From Vicugna vicugna (Eukaryota): a DNA stretch of 64,000 nucleotides. The stretch is taken from positions 3,051,370 through 3,115,369 of the forward strand of contig MU057744.1 in the NCBI GenBank assembly GCA_013265495.1. The letters run 5' to 3'. Of the stretch, positions 36,933 through 49,620 are shown piece by piece. Below the pieces are notes generated by a model. That model had not been told where the DNA came from, ran no database searches, and was given only the letters and a program-made list of their open reading frames with translations. Each line of letters begins with the position of its first letter. Position 1 is the first letter of the stretch. The position numbers and the translations under genes are program-made.

Positions 36933-38918
36933 TCTGTGTGGCTAGACCTCTTCCCCCATCCTGAGCCCCCCTCTCAGGCAGAGTTAATGGCATTTGTAAA
37001 CGAAGTGATGGTGCTTGAGAATACTCAGAAAGGGAGATCAGAGAGCTTTAGAACAGCTCCTGTTTGAAGTGAAGGCGAGGGAAGAAACTAGAGAGCAGTT
37101 TGGTTCACGAAGAGGGTGTGAAAATTCACCGTTTGGGCAGGTGCTATGGACTTGGGTGTTTCATCCTAGCAGAGAGACCCACAGCTCCTCTTTGTGTCAC
37201 TGGGAGGAACACATGTGGCGCCTGCAGACACGCACAAGCACAGTCCTTGTCAGTAAAGATTAAACACGTAGAGATTTCAGCTTTAAAGCTTGGCTACTTA
37301 TTTCCCCATATAAAAAGGCAAAAACAATTATCAAAAACAAGTTTAGAATTTTCAAGACCAATTGATGTCTTTAAGTTGAAAAGAAAATGCTGAAAACTTC
37401 GTCTGTTTGTGATTACTTCTCTAAAATTTGTAAAGGACCACACTCCAGAGGCTTCTAATGAATTGCTGACGAGGTGTCACTCTGGTCTGGCCTTTTCTTC
37501 CCCTCCCTCCCTTTCTTTTCTTTCTTTTGGTGTTTATTCACTGACAAAATTATACCATGACCTTTGTCCTTGTAATTTTAAAATGAAAAATTCTCCTCTG
37601 TTTGTTCAAATACATTTTAAAAATGTGATGGAGAATGAACTGTGCAGGAAAGATTCACAACGAGTGCAGCCCTACATGTGCAGTGAGGACAGCCGGCCTG
37701 GGTGGGCAGACCCGGGGCCTTCTCCTGCCGGGGCTGGATGGCATGTGTTCTCTCCTCCCCCTCGTGCTCGCAGAACGACGGCTTCTGCAGCTCTCACAGC
37801 TCTTCACTACGTGCACTTGGGTGTTGGAACCGTGATTACGAGAGGCTTCCCACTTTTGCATTGGTACCCATCCCATTGTAAAATTCTGCGTAAAAATAGT
37901 CATATTTCAATGTAACATCCTGAATGTTTTTCCTAATCTTTCTGTCAGATTTATGTGTTGGTTGCCATTTCAGATATGCCCAAGCCACGAATTATCTTGG
38001 AGGCAAGTCCTGTTTGCAGCATCCTCACTTCCCCTTTTGTTTGCCTTCCTCTAAAGTGACCATCATAGGCATTTCGATCCCGCATGGAAATCATTACTCT
38101 TCTAGCAAAACCCTGTTCATGAAGGAAATGACAGACTTATTAATGTGAAGACGTTAATATCTGGGAGCACTCATTATGTCCTTTCCCAAGGGGATGTGCT
38201 TTTCTCTAACCGTCAGTGCTATAAGCCTGAGGAACAGAGCACTAATGGTGAGATTTTAGGTGCCTACAGTGGACCAAGGGAATGAGATTCTTTTCTCTTG
38301 TCAGCTGTAGGCTCCTGAGTGCCCCGAAGCCATGTCACACAGATGATTGCCCTTCTGGTAGGCCAGCTAGGACTTCTGGCACCGTCCAGTAATTCACAGC
38401 CCATCTGTGTGTGAACTTACAGTAAATACACTCATGAATCTGTGTCATGTGGCTGTGCAGTTTCTTGTACAAGAAATGCTTCTATTTATTTTTATATTTT
38501 GTATATTACATTTCATATTTCTATATTTATGAGAAATTTTACTAAGTTTTGCAAAGATACATTACGTACATCTCAGTGATCTGCTTTTTCAGAAGACTTA
38601 CAAGTTGATCATGCACTTCATTGATATATTTAGCTCTAAGTAACTGGACTTTTCCAAAGGTCAAATGCATCAGTAAAGGTCAGAATTTACCACTGTGGTC
38701 AGCATTCAGAATTTTGTACTGCGGAATCTGAAGAACGTTCCGAAGGCAGCACTCTGCCATGTTTTAATCAGTGATACTGTCTTTGTCAGTAGTATATAGC
38801 CTCTTGGGCGACTATTCTGAAGATGACCTGACTTACCAGGATGTGGAGCTTGGAATGTGTTGGATTTTATAAAATGAATATGATTATCCTGGTTGAGCTC
38901 TTCATTAACCACTCTCTT

Positions 38919-39087
38919 CAGTGGCTCCCAAGCCTAGATGAATACCAAAACCACCTGACAAGCATTCTGCTCCAGGGCTCCGGCCGCCCCGTGCAGGGTC
39001 TCCAGGTCTCCCACCCACAGTGCGTAGTTGTTACTGGCCCCCAGGTGATTCTGTGGAGCCAGGTCAGCGCCTTTTGGTGAACCACTG
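38919..39087. mobile_element. MER5A-like hAT MITE
   Basis: Terminal inverted repeats CAGTGGCTCCCAA … TTGGTGAACCACTG; internal ACCACCTG and CCCAGGTGATTCTG. Confidence 0.7.
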
Positions 39088-39493
39088 GGCATCATTGCTC
39101 TCCAGAAAACTTGAGCAACCCCAGAGTTTCTCATTTCCCTTCTATTAAGTACCAAGATCCTATTAACTTTATAGTTTAAATATCGCACTGTCCCATTTTT
39201 ACATTTATTAACATGAATGTCTCACCATTTCTCTCAAATAAAGGAATTAGATTCTCTTCTGGCATAATTTTAGCATTTATTGCCTGTCTGTTGAATGAGT
39301 GAAAGAAATCATAACAAACCTTGTTGCAGGCCTTTCTGACCCCAGGTTTTATTATATTCCGCATTTCCCTAGCCTACCAGACTACCGACCCTACCAAGGA
39401 CAATAAAGAAGTCAGTTTGACGCACGCTGGCTTTGTTAAACCCTTGCTGGCTCTTAGGGGATCCCGAGCCTCTCTCCATGATGTCCGTGGCTT

Positions 39494-39584
39494 GGTGGGG
39501 GTGTAGCTCAGTGGTAGAGCTGCTGTTTAGGATGTACAAGGTCCTGGGTTCGATCCCCAGTACCTCCTTTAATTAATTAATTAA
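39494..39584 (+). mobile_element. Camelid-type tRNA-derived SINE, short, with a (TTAA)n tail
   Basis: GGGGGTGTAGCTCAGTGGTAGAGC…GGTCCTGGGTTCGATCCCCAGTACCTCC TTTAATTAATTAATTAA. Confidence 0.88.
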
Positions 39585-40104
39585 GTGATGTGCTAATTTA
39601 TTATGGAATCATTTCTGGAATATTAAACACATTAATCTCAATATTTGGAAATGCCCTTGCTTTCAGGAAATCAGAACAGTGTATTTCTTTTTCCAGAATA
39701 ATAGAAACTCTTGGTTTGTATATTGCTTGGAAGATATCCAGTCATAGAGACGTTTTCTTGTGGATTCTTTCAGTACCTATAAAGGTATTTCACCTGAGGC
39801 TAGGATGTTGGAATTCACTGAAAACAGGCCTGTGTAATCCCTGCATTCATGTAATGGAGTTTAGATTTCACCTTAGCAATCTTCATATTCACTCAGAAGC
39901 TCATTCTTCTTGACAGAGAAGACAAAAATATATTAAAAGTTGAAGAGTTTCATGTTTTCATCCAGTAACATAACTTCATTGCCCAAAAGCTGTAAATATG
40001 AGCTTATTTACTCCTAAAATAAATTTCTATTGCCCTTAATAATTGTTCACTTAAACATAATTTGAATTTTAGATTTTTTTAAAATGGTGTTACTTGCCCT
40101 TAGT

Positions 40105-40330
40105 AATAGTTAATACTTAGTACTCACTGCATGTCAGGTACTGCTGTAAGTATTTTATATACATATGTTAATTTATTAATTAATAATCTTCACAAAAACT
40201 GTGTGTGGTAGGCACCATTTTACAGAGGAGGAAACCAAGGCACAGAGAAGTTAAGTAATCTGTCTAGCATCCTTCAGCTCAAAGATATCTGAGTTAAGAC
40301 TTGAACTTAAGCAGTCTGGTTCCAACATTC
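40105..40330 (-). mobile_element. MIR
   Basis: AGTACTCACTGCATGTCAGGTACTG…CCATTTTACAGAGGAGGAAACCAAGGCACAGAGAAGTTAAGTAATCTG…TTGAACTTAAGCAGTCTGG. Confidence 0.85.
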
Positions 40331-41469
40331 TTAAACGCTGTGGCAGACTGTCACTTTACATAGCTGTATGGCCATCTGTCCATGTGCTTCATTCATAGCT
40401 TAATACTGTCCAGATGCAATGGAGAGTGCCTTAGGTATGCACGCTGATTCTGTCACTGAGAGAATTTATGAGTACACAGGTGGCATTACTTTCCTCTCAT
40501 GTTGTCCCGAGTCTTTTGAAACCAGACTGTACTATGCAGAAGATGTGCACACACCTCCACACGTGCAAGCGCACACCCAGGAACATGCACACCTAAGTTA
40601 CAAAGAAATGGACTAAGCATGTTCAGCTGAGTATTATTGTCAGATTCCACTTTTTTTTCTCTTTCAACTAAATTGTTAGTATGTCCTTATCTAACAAGGA
40701 AGGAAACTAAAATTCCTCCATGCTGTTCACACTTTTCAACTATTTATATAATCTTCTATTTTGGCAAATAGTTTAGCAACTGTTTATGCCTTGTTGGAAA
40801 GTCACTGTTTTTCTCACTCAACACAAGAAAAAACTGTTAAGTGATTGATTTGTGGTCCTTGATAGTACAGTCGAATGTTTCTGCTCTGATCTCCAGACCT
40901 AGTGTAGAATATCAACCAGTGCTCACTCCTGCCTGTTACCTGTATGTGGTTTTAGGTGTACCACTTTGCCAGTGTATGTACATACTCATATTAGTTACAC
41001 AGATGAATTATTAAGAAATGTGATCTTAACATGCAGGTGTTTTCAGTGAAAGAACTCCTTCCCACTGGTTTTTTGGAAGGAACATCACTCCGCTGTTGGC
41101 AGCAGAGGGTTCTTTAGTTCCAGGGCATCTGGCTACCCAGACGTATGCTGATTGGGTGATCCTCAGAGCACTTGACAGTGACCAAAGACATGACCCTTTA
41201 CACAGTCCTCAGAATACTCCAAAGCTGCATTTTGTCACCTTTTTTTTAATCCCCTCAAGACAGCTCTTGATGTTCATTTTAATTTAGGGTTTATTGTCAG
41301 GAAGTTACTGTATGAGCCATATAGTGCCACTACAGGCCCTGTACTCTTGTATGTATGGTTTTGTTTCCAAAATTGAATATTGATAAGTGAGGAGGAATAT
41401 GTTATAATAAAAGTTATCTTATTCAAATTTTAAAACATCTTGATAGAGTAGTTATTGTTATTCTTCTCT

Positions 41470-41575
41470 TTAGATGAAAAAAATCAAACCATACAGGGTG
41501 AGAACTTGTTTTAGGTCACACAGCTGTTAACAGCAAAGCTAGAATCCAAATCTAGGCCTGTCTGGTACCTGAGCT
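41470..41575 (-). mobile_element. MIR fragment
   Basis: TTTAGATGAAAAAA…AACTTGTTTTAGGTCACACAGCTGTTAA…AATCCAAATCTAGGCCTGTCTG. Confidence 0.65.
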
Positions 41576-41613
41576 CCATCTTCTCAGGAAGGTTACTGGC
41601 TGAGACTTGCCTC

Positions 41614-41677
41614 TGTGTGTGTGTGTGTGTGCGCGCGCGTGCGTGTGGTGTGGTGTGGTGTGTGCACCTGTGTGTGT
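41614..41677. repeat. (TG)n(CG)n compound microsatellite followed by (TGTGG)n
   Basis: TGTGTGTGTGTGTGTGTGCGCGCGCGTGCGTGTGGTGTGGTGTGGTGTGTG seen directly. Confidence 0.95.
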
Positions 41678-42699
41678 AAAATGCTTACGAAGTCTCCAGT
41701 GGGCAAGCATTTATTGAGGACCTGCAGAACCGAGCTCCCTGTGCTGGTCACTTTATGGGCACTGATACGGTTAGGGCCCCATCAAACTGGGTACGGTTTA
41801 CTGTGGGTAACTGTGTCAAGTGTTTGGAGATGACCAACACTGCACTAAGGTCCCATTTAATACTCAGCTGTCCTGAAAGGCAGGTTAAGTCCCCTTCTGA
41901 TGGATGATGAACTGGGGCTTAGAAGACTAAGGTGTCACTTAGCAAGTAAACGGAAGAGCCAGCGCTTGACCCTGGGTTTCCTGACTCCACAGCCTGTGTA
42001 TCTACCACTCTGCCAGTCTCAGAAAAACTAGGAGAAAAAGTTCGTACTTCCAACTGTATGAAGAGCAGAGAAAGTAAGTTCTGCAAATGATTTGTGGTAG
42101 CTTTCTTCTTATCCTTTTTCACCTCTGCCATAATGCTGCGACCATAATGTGAAAGAATACATACGAATGTCCAGTAGTCACAGGAATTTTCACCTGTCCG
42201 TTTTGCACACAGATGTCAGTAGTGAAGCTAAATTGTGTACCGAGGAAAGCCACAGCCGACGTGCTGGGGACTTAGGGTGTGCCTGGGTCGCGCTGCCTGC
42301 TGCCCTTGTGAATTTCCTCCCTGTGCTCTTGTTGTTGTGGCAGCTCCAATCCAAAGGTGACTCAGACTGCATTGAGAATTAGAGAACTTGCAGGCTTACT
42401 TTGTCTGCTAAAAACATTGTTTCTAATCTGTATTATCACCTCACTGGAAAAAACGAACCATTGTATAAAATGTGTCTGACTGTGGTGCTCGCCTTTTGAG
42501 TATTGTTTTACCACTAATACTACTGCAGTTTCCCACCTGTAGAAAAATTGTTGACTCAGGTGCCACATCTTCCAAGACATGGGCTTCTGAGAACCATACA
42601 CAGTGTGGCTTCAGTCACCAGCCGTGTGTTTGTGGCTTTCAGACGCTTTTCTGGCCAGCAGGGGTCTGCTGAGCTCTCGAATGGGACATCCCTCATGTG

Positions 42700-43260
42700 A
42701 CCATCCATCACCTGTCGTGTGCTCCAGGCATTTCAGTCATAACACCTTAAATCCATCTCTCCAGCCCCAGCCGAATCCACAGCGCCACGTTGTCACCTGA
42801 GTTACCAAACCAACCCCATAGCCAGCCCCTCCACCCCTCCACTAAGTCTCTCTCCACTCGAATCCCTTCTTTACACAACAACTAATGTGAACTCTCACAG
42901 TCACAGGGGGTCTTTCTGATGGGATCAGCTCCTCGGGGTCTGCCATGCGGATTAGATCCAGAGGCTTTAGCTTGCTTTGCGAGACTTCCTGATAGAATCC
43001 TGGCTGAGTGCTCCAGGCCCCGGGCCCTCTCTGCCCTGCAGCCGCACCTCGGTGCCTCTGGGTGAGCGCGCTCTTCGAACCAGGCCTCACAGTCACTGGC
43101 CCAGTGCTCTGGCTGACGTCCTCCCTGTCCCCATCAGCGAGGCGCTGCCCTCTGGACCAGGTGACTTCCCCAACCATCACTTGCTGCATGTCAGTGCTCA
43201 CTCAGGGTCTGTTTCCCTGGGAGAGTGGAATTCCATGAAGGCAGGCCACACATGCGAGTG
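42700..43260 (+). mobile_element. L2 fragment
   Basis: CAGCGCCACGTTGTCACCTGAGTTACC…TCCACTCGAATCCCTTCTTTACACA…GAGTGGAATTCCATGAAGGCAGG. Confidence 0.55.
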
Positions 43261-43444
43261 AGCCGTGTGGGGGGTCAGTGTGTTAACACTGCTTGTATAT
43301 TTTGTATTAAATATGCATATGTGCTTATAGCTTAATTATAAATGATCCACTGAGGACATAAAACATGAAAACAATCAAGTATATCAGCAGTCTCAAAAAT
43401 GTTTAGGTTTATTATTTACTAGCGCTAGGTAAGGAAAGAATACA

Positions 43445-43560
43445 TTAGTTCAACAAATACTTAGTAAATGCCTCTTCTGTGCCTGGAACTGTGCTAAATG
43501 GAAGCGATAGAAGGCACAGTCTGTCTTCAAAGCCCCAGACAACTTCGTTTGGAAGCTGGG
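43445..43560 (-). mobile_element. L2 3' fragment
   Basis: TTCAACAAATACTTAGTAAATGCCTCTTCTGTGCCTGGAACTGTGCTAAATG. Confidence 0.7.
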
Positions 43561-44404
43561 ACGCACACAGGAGGAGCTGTGGCCGCTCAGGCCGACTTTG
43601 TGTCGGGGTCCGTTCTTACTGGCTAGTTCCCTAGCTAGGAATCGCTGTGAAAGAAATTTTACTAAATTCAACTTGCTTTTCCTTCCATTTCTTCCTCCTT
43701 CACACCCATTCTCCCCAGCAGAAATGTAAGATTTATTTAATTCCCGTCGTTTGGCATCATGACAGCGTAAAGTCATCAGTGTACTCACCATAAGAGGACT
43801 TTGTTTTATTTTTTATCACCCAGCACATTTTTATTGTCAGAATGGTTACTAATCATTCATTTTTATTTACTCTAGCTGGGGAAGTTTTGCAAAAAATCTT
43901 GTGACTATTTAGAAAAAAATGCTTTAAATTATGGGTTCTCTCCTAGCCTGTTGACCAGTGAACACACCACAGACTCAAACCTCATGACTCCCTTAGATTA
44001 AACCTTGAGAAATAGACAAGACTGCTTCTCTCCTTGCCAGCTGGGGCTTCCTGTTTCCAGAGCCCCTCACCTCCTCCCAGACCAGGCTCAGCACCAGAAT
44101 GTCAGAGTCGGGTTCGACTGGAATAACCATCCTGAGCAACTGAGATAGAAGACAGAAATTCACGTGATTGGTGTCTATTTGAAAATCTTGGGCTCTTAGG
44201 ATATTTGTAGTGAGTTTCATTTTGTAGTTTTTTCAAAGCTATATTGATATCAGATATTTTAGAGGTGTTTTTAAGAACACAGGTAAGAAAAGAGAGCTGG
44301 GGTAAGGGTAAACACAAAATAGACTAAGAAAAATGCTGAGACATAAAAAATGAATTCTTTGGGAGCTGAGGAGACTAGCTAAAACTGTGTTGAGAACAGT
44401 CAGG

Positions 44405-44635
44405 GAGGGTTGGAATTGGAGGAATTCTCATTGGTATCCAGATTTTTGCCTTCCACAAAGGGCCAAGTGTGGTCATGTTCCTCTCCTCTGTGTAGGATGC
44501 CTTTGCCGTAATCCCCTTCAGGCTGCCAGTTTGAAAGGCATCCGTTGGTTGTGTGGACATCATGTCGACCAGCAGTGTATGTGCATTGTAGTTCCTGATG
44601 CTCCTGAAGCTCGTCAAGGCCTCAAATCCACATTT
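44405..44635 (-). mobile_element. Probable ancient RTE-clade LINE fragment (L4/MamRTE-like), C-terminal part of the ORF
   Basis: Minus-strand translation with one frameshift gives C-W-/-H-D-V-H-T-T-N-G-C-L-S-N-W-Q-P-E-G-D-x-x-x-G-x-x-x-R-G, which aligns by eye with the RTE motif R-W-x-G-H-V-V-R-M-x-x-x-R-L-P-K-x-L-L-Y-G-E-L-x-x-G-x-R-x-R-G. Confidence 0.5.
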
Positions 44636-47600
44636 ACTGAGGTATCAATATTGTAATTCTGAAGTCAAATTAATTTTGTGAACGTTTGCACTAGGTTCTG
44701 GTTGGAGTGATTCAAATAGGCCCATGACTTACAACTGTAAGAGATAAGAGTTCTTCATGAAGGCAACAAAATAAAATTTGAAGAAATAGCATGAATAATT
44801 ATTTGGAGATACAATGAATATATACATGAATCTACGCTTATCTTAGGACACACACTCGCCTTTGTAGAATGCAGTCAACGTTCAAGGACTTAGAATTTCC
44901 AGACTGTTATCCTTTAAGCATCTGTCTGAATAAGGGGCGGTTGCCCTTCCTCTGGGGATTATCCAGATGAGCTGTCTGGGAGGAAAAACAGGTACTCAGG
45001 ACCTTTATGAGAGTCAGCTAGCTGCTCAGGAGAAGAGGGTTTTCAGTCTGGTGAGGGTGGAGACAGATTTGAAGCTGAAGTCAGTAGGAGAAGATTTTGT
45101 TATGTCCAGTGTCCAATGTCCATGATGCCTTCATGGATCAGAACCCTTTAGGACCTGTGGTAGTTCAGGGAAGTTTAGGAGACACCTCACTTTTGATCAT
45201 CTTGTCATAAGAATCGCCCCTCTGCCTTTCCCTAAATAGCAGTACTCAGGAGTAAACACAGTGCTGACCGGACCCAGCGCAGCCTGTGTCTGAAGGTCGC
45301 AGTGAAGGTGCCGTAAATGCTTGACCCTTCTTTCTCAGGCTGGATCTTATGAATGCCAGTGAGGACTGGCGTCTCAGTGAGTCCTTGTGCTTTCAGGGAA
45401 GAGATGAGATCGAACCCTAACCGCCACGGCAGGATTAACTTGGTTTGCACACCAGGGCTGCCATCTACCAGATTTTTCACGGCGCAGCGGGAGAGAGGAA
45501 GGCGTGCGTGCTGATGTTGTGGACTTGCTGCCTCCCGGCCACTCTGCTGCCGTTTTTTCAGGCGGCTTTGCTCTGTAAGGTCGGGTTGATTTAGCATCCC
45601 CATTCAGAGATGATAGGGCTCCGGCCCAGGCCCGTAACCCTGAGAGCTCAGCTAGTCAGTCAGTCCTGATGCGCATCCCGGCCTGAAGGGCCACAGTCCC
45701 TCCACCTGCTGCCCCACCGCCACCTTTTCGAAGGATGTTTTTCTCTGCCTTGTTCTGCCTTAGGGAGCCTCTGATGTCTGTGAATTAATGTTGTAAACAC
45801 GTTTAAATTCTTCATAAAATAAGATGTGAGGCCAAACCGTCAGAGCTGACAGAAAGTTACATAGGTGTTTCTTGTCTCTGTCTCTCGGTGGATTTTAGCT
45901 GTGGAATTACACCAAAGCCTGTTAATATGTAACTGTGGTCCATGCAGCTGTAAAGGTCTTTATGTGAAAACTGCAGAGGTGAGCTTGGACTGCAGGCTAT
46001 TTTTTGGAGCATGGACATTTCTCATAGCTAATGTCAGGGCTTTGGATACTCATGAATCAAAACACAGACAGAAATAAAATTTTAGGCACTTCTTAGAACC
46101 GAAACTAAAGGCCAAAATATAAACCCCTTCTCGTCCTTCAACATGTGGAGGAGATTATTCTTAAATTCTCTGTTAATTTATTTGTGAAGCATTCAGGTGT
46201 TCCTTGAGAAACAGTTCAGTCTCTTCATTATATACATTCAGATGTTACAAAGCAGATATGTTCCACACTTCCTTTTTATTTCTGTGTGAAAATTATAACT
46301 TTGACATTAAGAGAAAAAAATGTGCTTTGAGGCTTAAGTTTTTTCAGTAAGTTAAAAGTATTTTCTTGCATTTTCTGTGATCTTTCCTGAGCTACAGCCA
46401 GTTCCAGGGTTGGTATTGGAAGTTTGGGGTACCAGTTTGTTGCCTCGTCTTCTTTTTAGGTTCCATTTGGTAGAGAGAAAGAGGAATGTTGAAGGTTTAG
46501 CTTTATTTAGGTGGTCCTGAATATTGGATCTCTTGATATGCAGGTGTTTTTGGTAAAGCTGGATCTGAAAACAGGGCTGGTGGAGAAATCTGGGCTCCTG
46601 TCAGTCCTCAGGGCTCTACCTTTTCATGCTTGTCCAGAAAGCTGAGTGCCCATCCCTCACCTGAGCCAGTGGAGGGTCGACCTCAGCTCTGCCTCACACA
46701 CATGGACCCTCTGGTAAGTGGGCCCTCAGCTTTAGTGCAGGCATGGGACGGAGCAGCCAGTGGGGTCCTGGTCCCTCCCTGCAGATGTGATGCTCCCATG
46801 GGGACAGGCACGTGCCTCCCGTCCCCACTCGAGGAGAGAGCTCTTCCGTCCCTTGTGTGACTGGGAACGCCCACGGAGGCTGGTCTCTCACCAGTCTTTT
46901 CATGCAGCTCCTTTTCTTTTGATGGAAAACATGGTGGAAAAGGGACTTAAGGTTGAAAGAGGTTCTCCTCCTCCCAGCCTCAAACACACACACCAGAAAC
47001 GGCTTTGCTTTTCATCAAGAGATTAGTTCATCTGCGTTGAAGCAGGGACGAGGGAAGCAGAGGGTCGCCCCTGCAGTATGCGGCAGGGTTAAGCCAGCTG
47101 TGCAGTTAGGGGTTAGGAGGTTGATAGGACTGTTTAAATTACCCGCAGACACTTCTAGTCTCTGTTTTATTTTTCTGTTTATCTGTCTGTCTCTCTGTCC
47201 TGATCTTCCTCCTTTCTCCATTTCTTTCCCCCCTAAACAGCAACAAAGTCATTTTTCTGGAGCTCAATTCAGGAATTATAGCCAAGGTTACAAAAGGCTG
47301 TTCTGGCAAAGAGAATCATCTTTGCCACATTCCTATGTAAAGAAATTTTCTCCTCTGCTAAGCAACAAAAGGAACTCCACAATTTCTTAAATTTTACAGA
47401 TCAGATGTAACAAATATACTTTTCTCACACATGCTAATTATACTCTTATTAGCCCAGTAAACAGACTTATGCAATCTGATTTACTTTTATTTAAGTACAA
47501 AGGTTTCTGAAATTTGGGTTTTGAACGTCCTGTTAGACCCGTAGATGAGCTACACATCTTTGTTCTCTGAATGCAAGTCATGTAGCATATTTTTAATTCT

Positions 47601-48110
47601 GTGTGAACACTGCATAAAAACTTTTGAATACATTATGCCATTTTCTAATTTTAAACAAACTTGATTTAAGCATGTATGCAGATTGATTCATTTGCTAGTC
47701 AGAATGCTACCCCTGCAGCTCTCAGGGGATAGATGAGCCTGGGGACAGTATTTATGAAATTGTAGTTTACAACACTGATCAGCCTTCACACTGTCCAGTT
47801 GGAGTAGAAGAGATATATCTGGAAGTGCCTCTTTACCATGTGGAAGTATTTTTATTACTGTTAACAAGGTGCCTGTCTTGAGAATGGATCTCCAGTGTGT
47901 CGTACACTGCATGGCATCTTGGAAAAGTTCAGCAAACAACTGTTACCTGAAAAAATGCTCATTTATTCAGTGTGTGACCATAATCAAGCCCCCACTAGAA
48001 TTTTCAGTTGTCTTTTCATTTTACATTTTTGGATGTTATATCACAGTGATCAAGTGCATAGTCGTCTTACTCCTGTGAATGAAAGATGATTTTGAAAATC
48101 TAAAGCAAAG

Positions 48111-48183
48111 TAAAAACAAACAAACAAAAAACAAACAACAACAAAAAACCAGCATTGAGACACTTCGAAAAAAGAAAAAAAAA
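48111..48183 (+). repeat. A-rich low-complexity tract, (CAAA)n-like
   Basis: TAAAAACAAACAAACAAAAAACAAACAACAACAAAAAACC…AAAAAAGAAAAAAAAA. Confidence 0.85.
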
Positions 48184-49139
48184 GTGTGTATATATATTTT
48201 TTCAACTGTCATGTGCCCAAGTGTCCTGCTTGTGGCAGAGGAGCCAGAGGCCAGCGTGCGTCGGTGCACAAACTGGAGAACGTGCCGCTCATAACAGCTC
48301 TTTACAAAAAGCTGTGACTCTTCAGCCATGGGAGGATGGGATGAGTCTGTGCACATACATACTATATTCACAAATGCCCAGACCACTTGGTAGGAAAGGC
48401 AGTTGGTTTATAAATCCATCTTAGACATCGAGGTTTCCCAAGAAAGCAAAACTGTTAACTTAGTAAGTTACTGAAACTTCATTATAAGTGAAAATTGAAA
48501 AATGTATTAACTTATGAAAGTCAATGTGCTGATTACAACGAGGAACCAAGTTTTGTATCTACTAAATCACTCAACTGAGTGAAAAGAGCCTCCTATGTGC
48601 ATAGACATCTCTCTGCCAAAGATAATTCAAGGTGCTAAGTGTAAGTACTGTTCATGAAAAAAATCATCTATTAGTGCATGAAAATTACATAAAACCGTAT
48701 TTCTGACTTTGCATCTGAAGGACTATACAAGTCTCCATTAAATGCATGACTTCAGAAGTAAGACCATTTCTTTACAAATGGCATACAGGGCCTTAGAGAT
48801 AAACATAAAATAATGGGATCTTTTACTTTTATATGAAAGCCCACATTTTAAGCATCACTGACTTTAAAAGTCTCTATTATTTAGGGTTTCTCTCTGAGGC
48901 AGCTGCAGTGTTTGTATGTAGATGTCTTGGACCTGAAATTACGGGTGTGACGGACCCACAACACTCAAGGCCACCTTCATAGATCACCTAGTCCATTGTC
49001 TGATCCGCCTCTCGCCATCCCCAGGAGGCTGAGGCGGTGGCCTCACCCTGTGGATCTGTAGCTCTGCCTGGAATGTCACAGATGCTGAAGGGTCTTGAGG
49101 AAATGACCGAATACCTTTTCTTCATGTTTTAACCTTCAG

Positions 49140-49380
49140 TTTATTCAGTGATTTATTAATTTAATCATTAAAATCAGTTAAATGTTCATTATATCCCTGG
49201 GGATGTAAGGACCAATAAGATAGGACTCTTATCCCCAAGGATTTCACAGTCCAGCAGGAAAAGAGGACAAATAAGCAAAGAAGGGCAGTGCACCTTACAG
49301 GTACTGTGATCTGCATCTGAAACGGGGTGTGTGCGGGACTCAGAGAAAAGGTGGCCAGTTCTCCTTGAGGCAGGGATGGA
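49140..49380 (-). mobile_element. L2 fragment
   Basis: CTGGGGATGTAAGGACCAATAAGATAGGACTCTTATCCCCAAGGATTTCACAGTCCAGCAGG. Confidence 0.6.
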
Positions 49381-49514
49381 AGTCTACTTCAAGGACTATT
49401 TTTTAGTCCTTTAAAAATAAACTGAAATTTTATAGTAAAAAAAAACAGGGGGTCTTGATAATTTTTTAAAAAGTAGAGACCAAAAAAATCTCCTAATATC
49501 TATTCTAGTTTCTC

Positions 49515-49620
49515 TGATCTTCCCACTAGGAAATTCTTTATATCTTACCCAAATTCTTCATGATGCATTTTTAACTTGAAGTTCCTTAGTTTCTCCAGGG
49601 AGGATAGAAAATAACCAATT
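49515..49620 (-). mobile_element. L3/CR1 fragment
   Basis: CACTAGGAAATTCTTTATATCTTACCCAAATTCTTCATGATGCA…GTTCCTTAGTTTCTCC resembles the reverse complement of the CR1/L3 3' ORF end. Confidence 0.45.

Noticed and set aside
39494..39570. tRNA-like sequences (also at ~2335-2409, ~9406-9485 and ~24090-24165)
   Set aside because: They have A and B boxes but degenerate stems and shared SINE-type tails, so they are SINE heads rather than tRNA genes.
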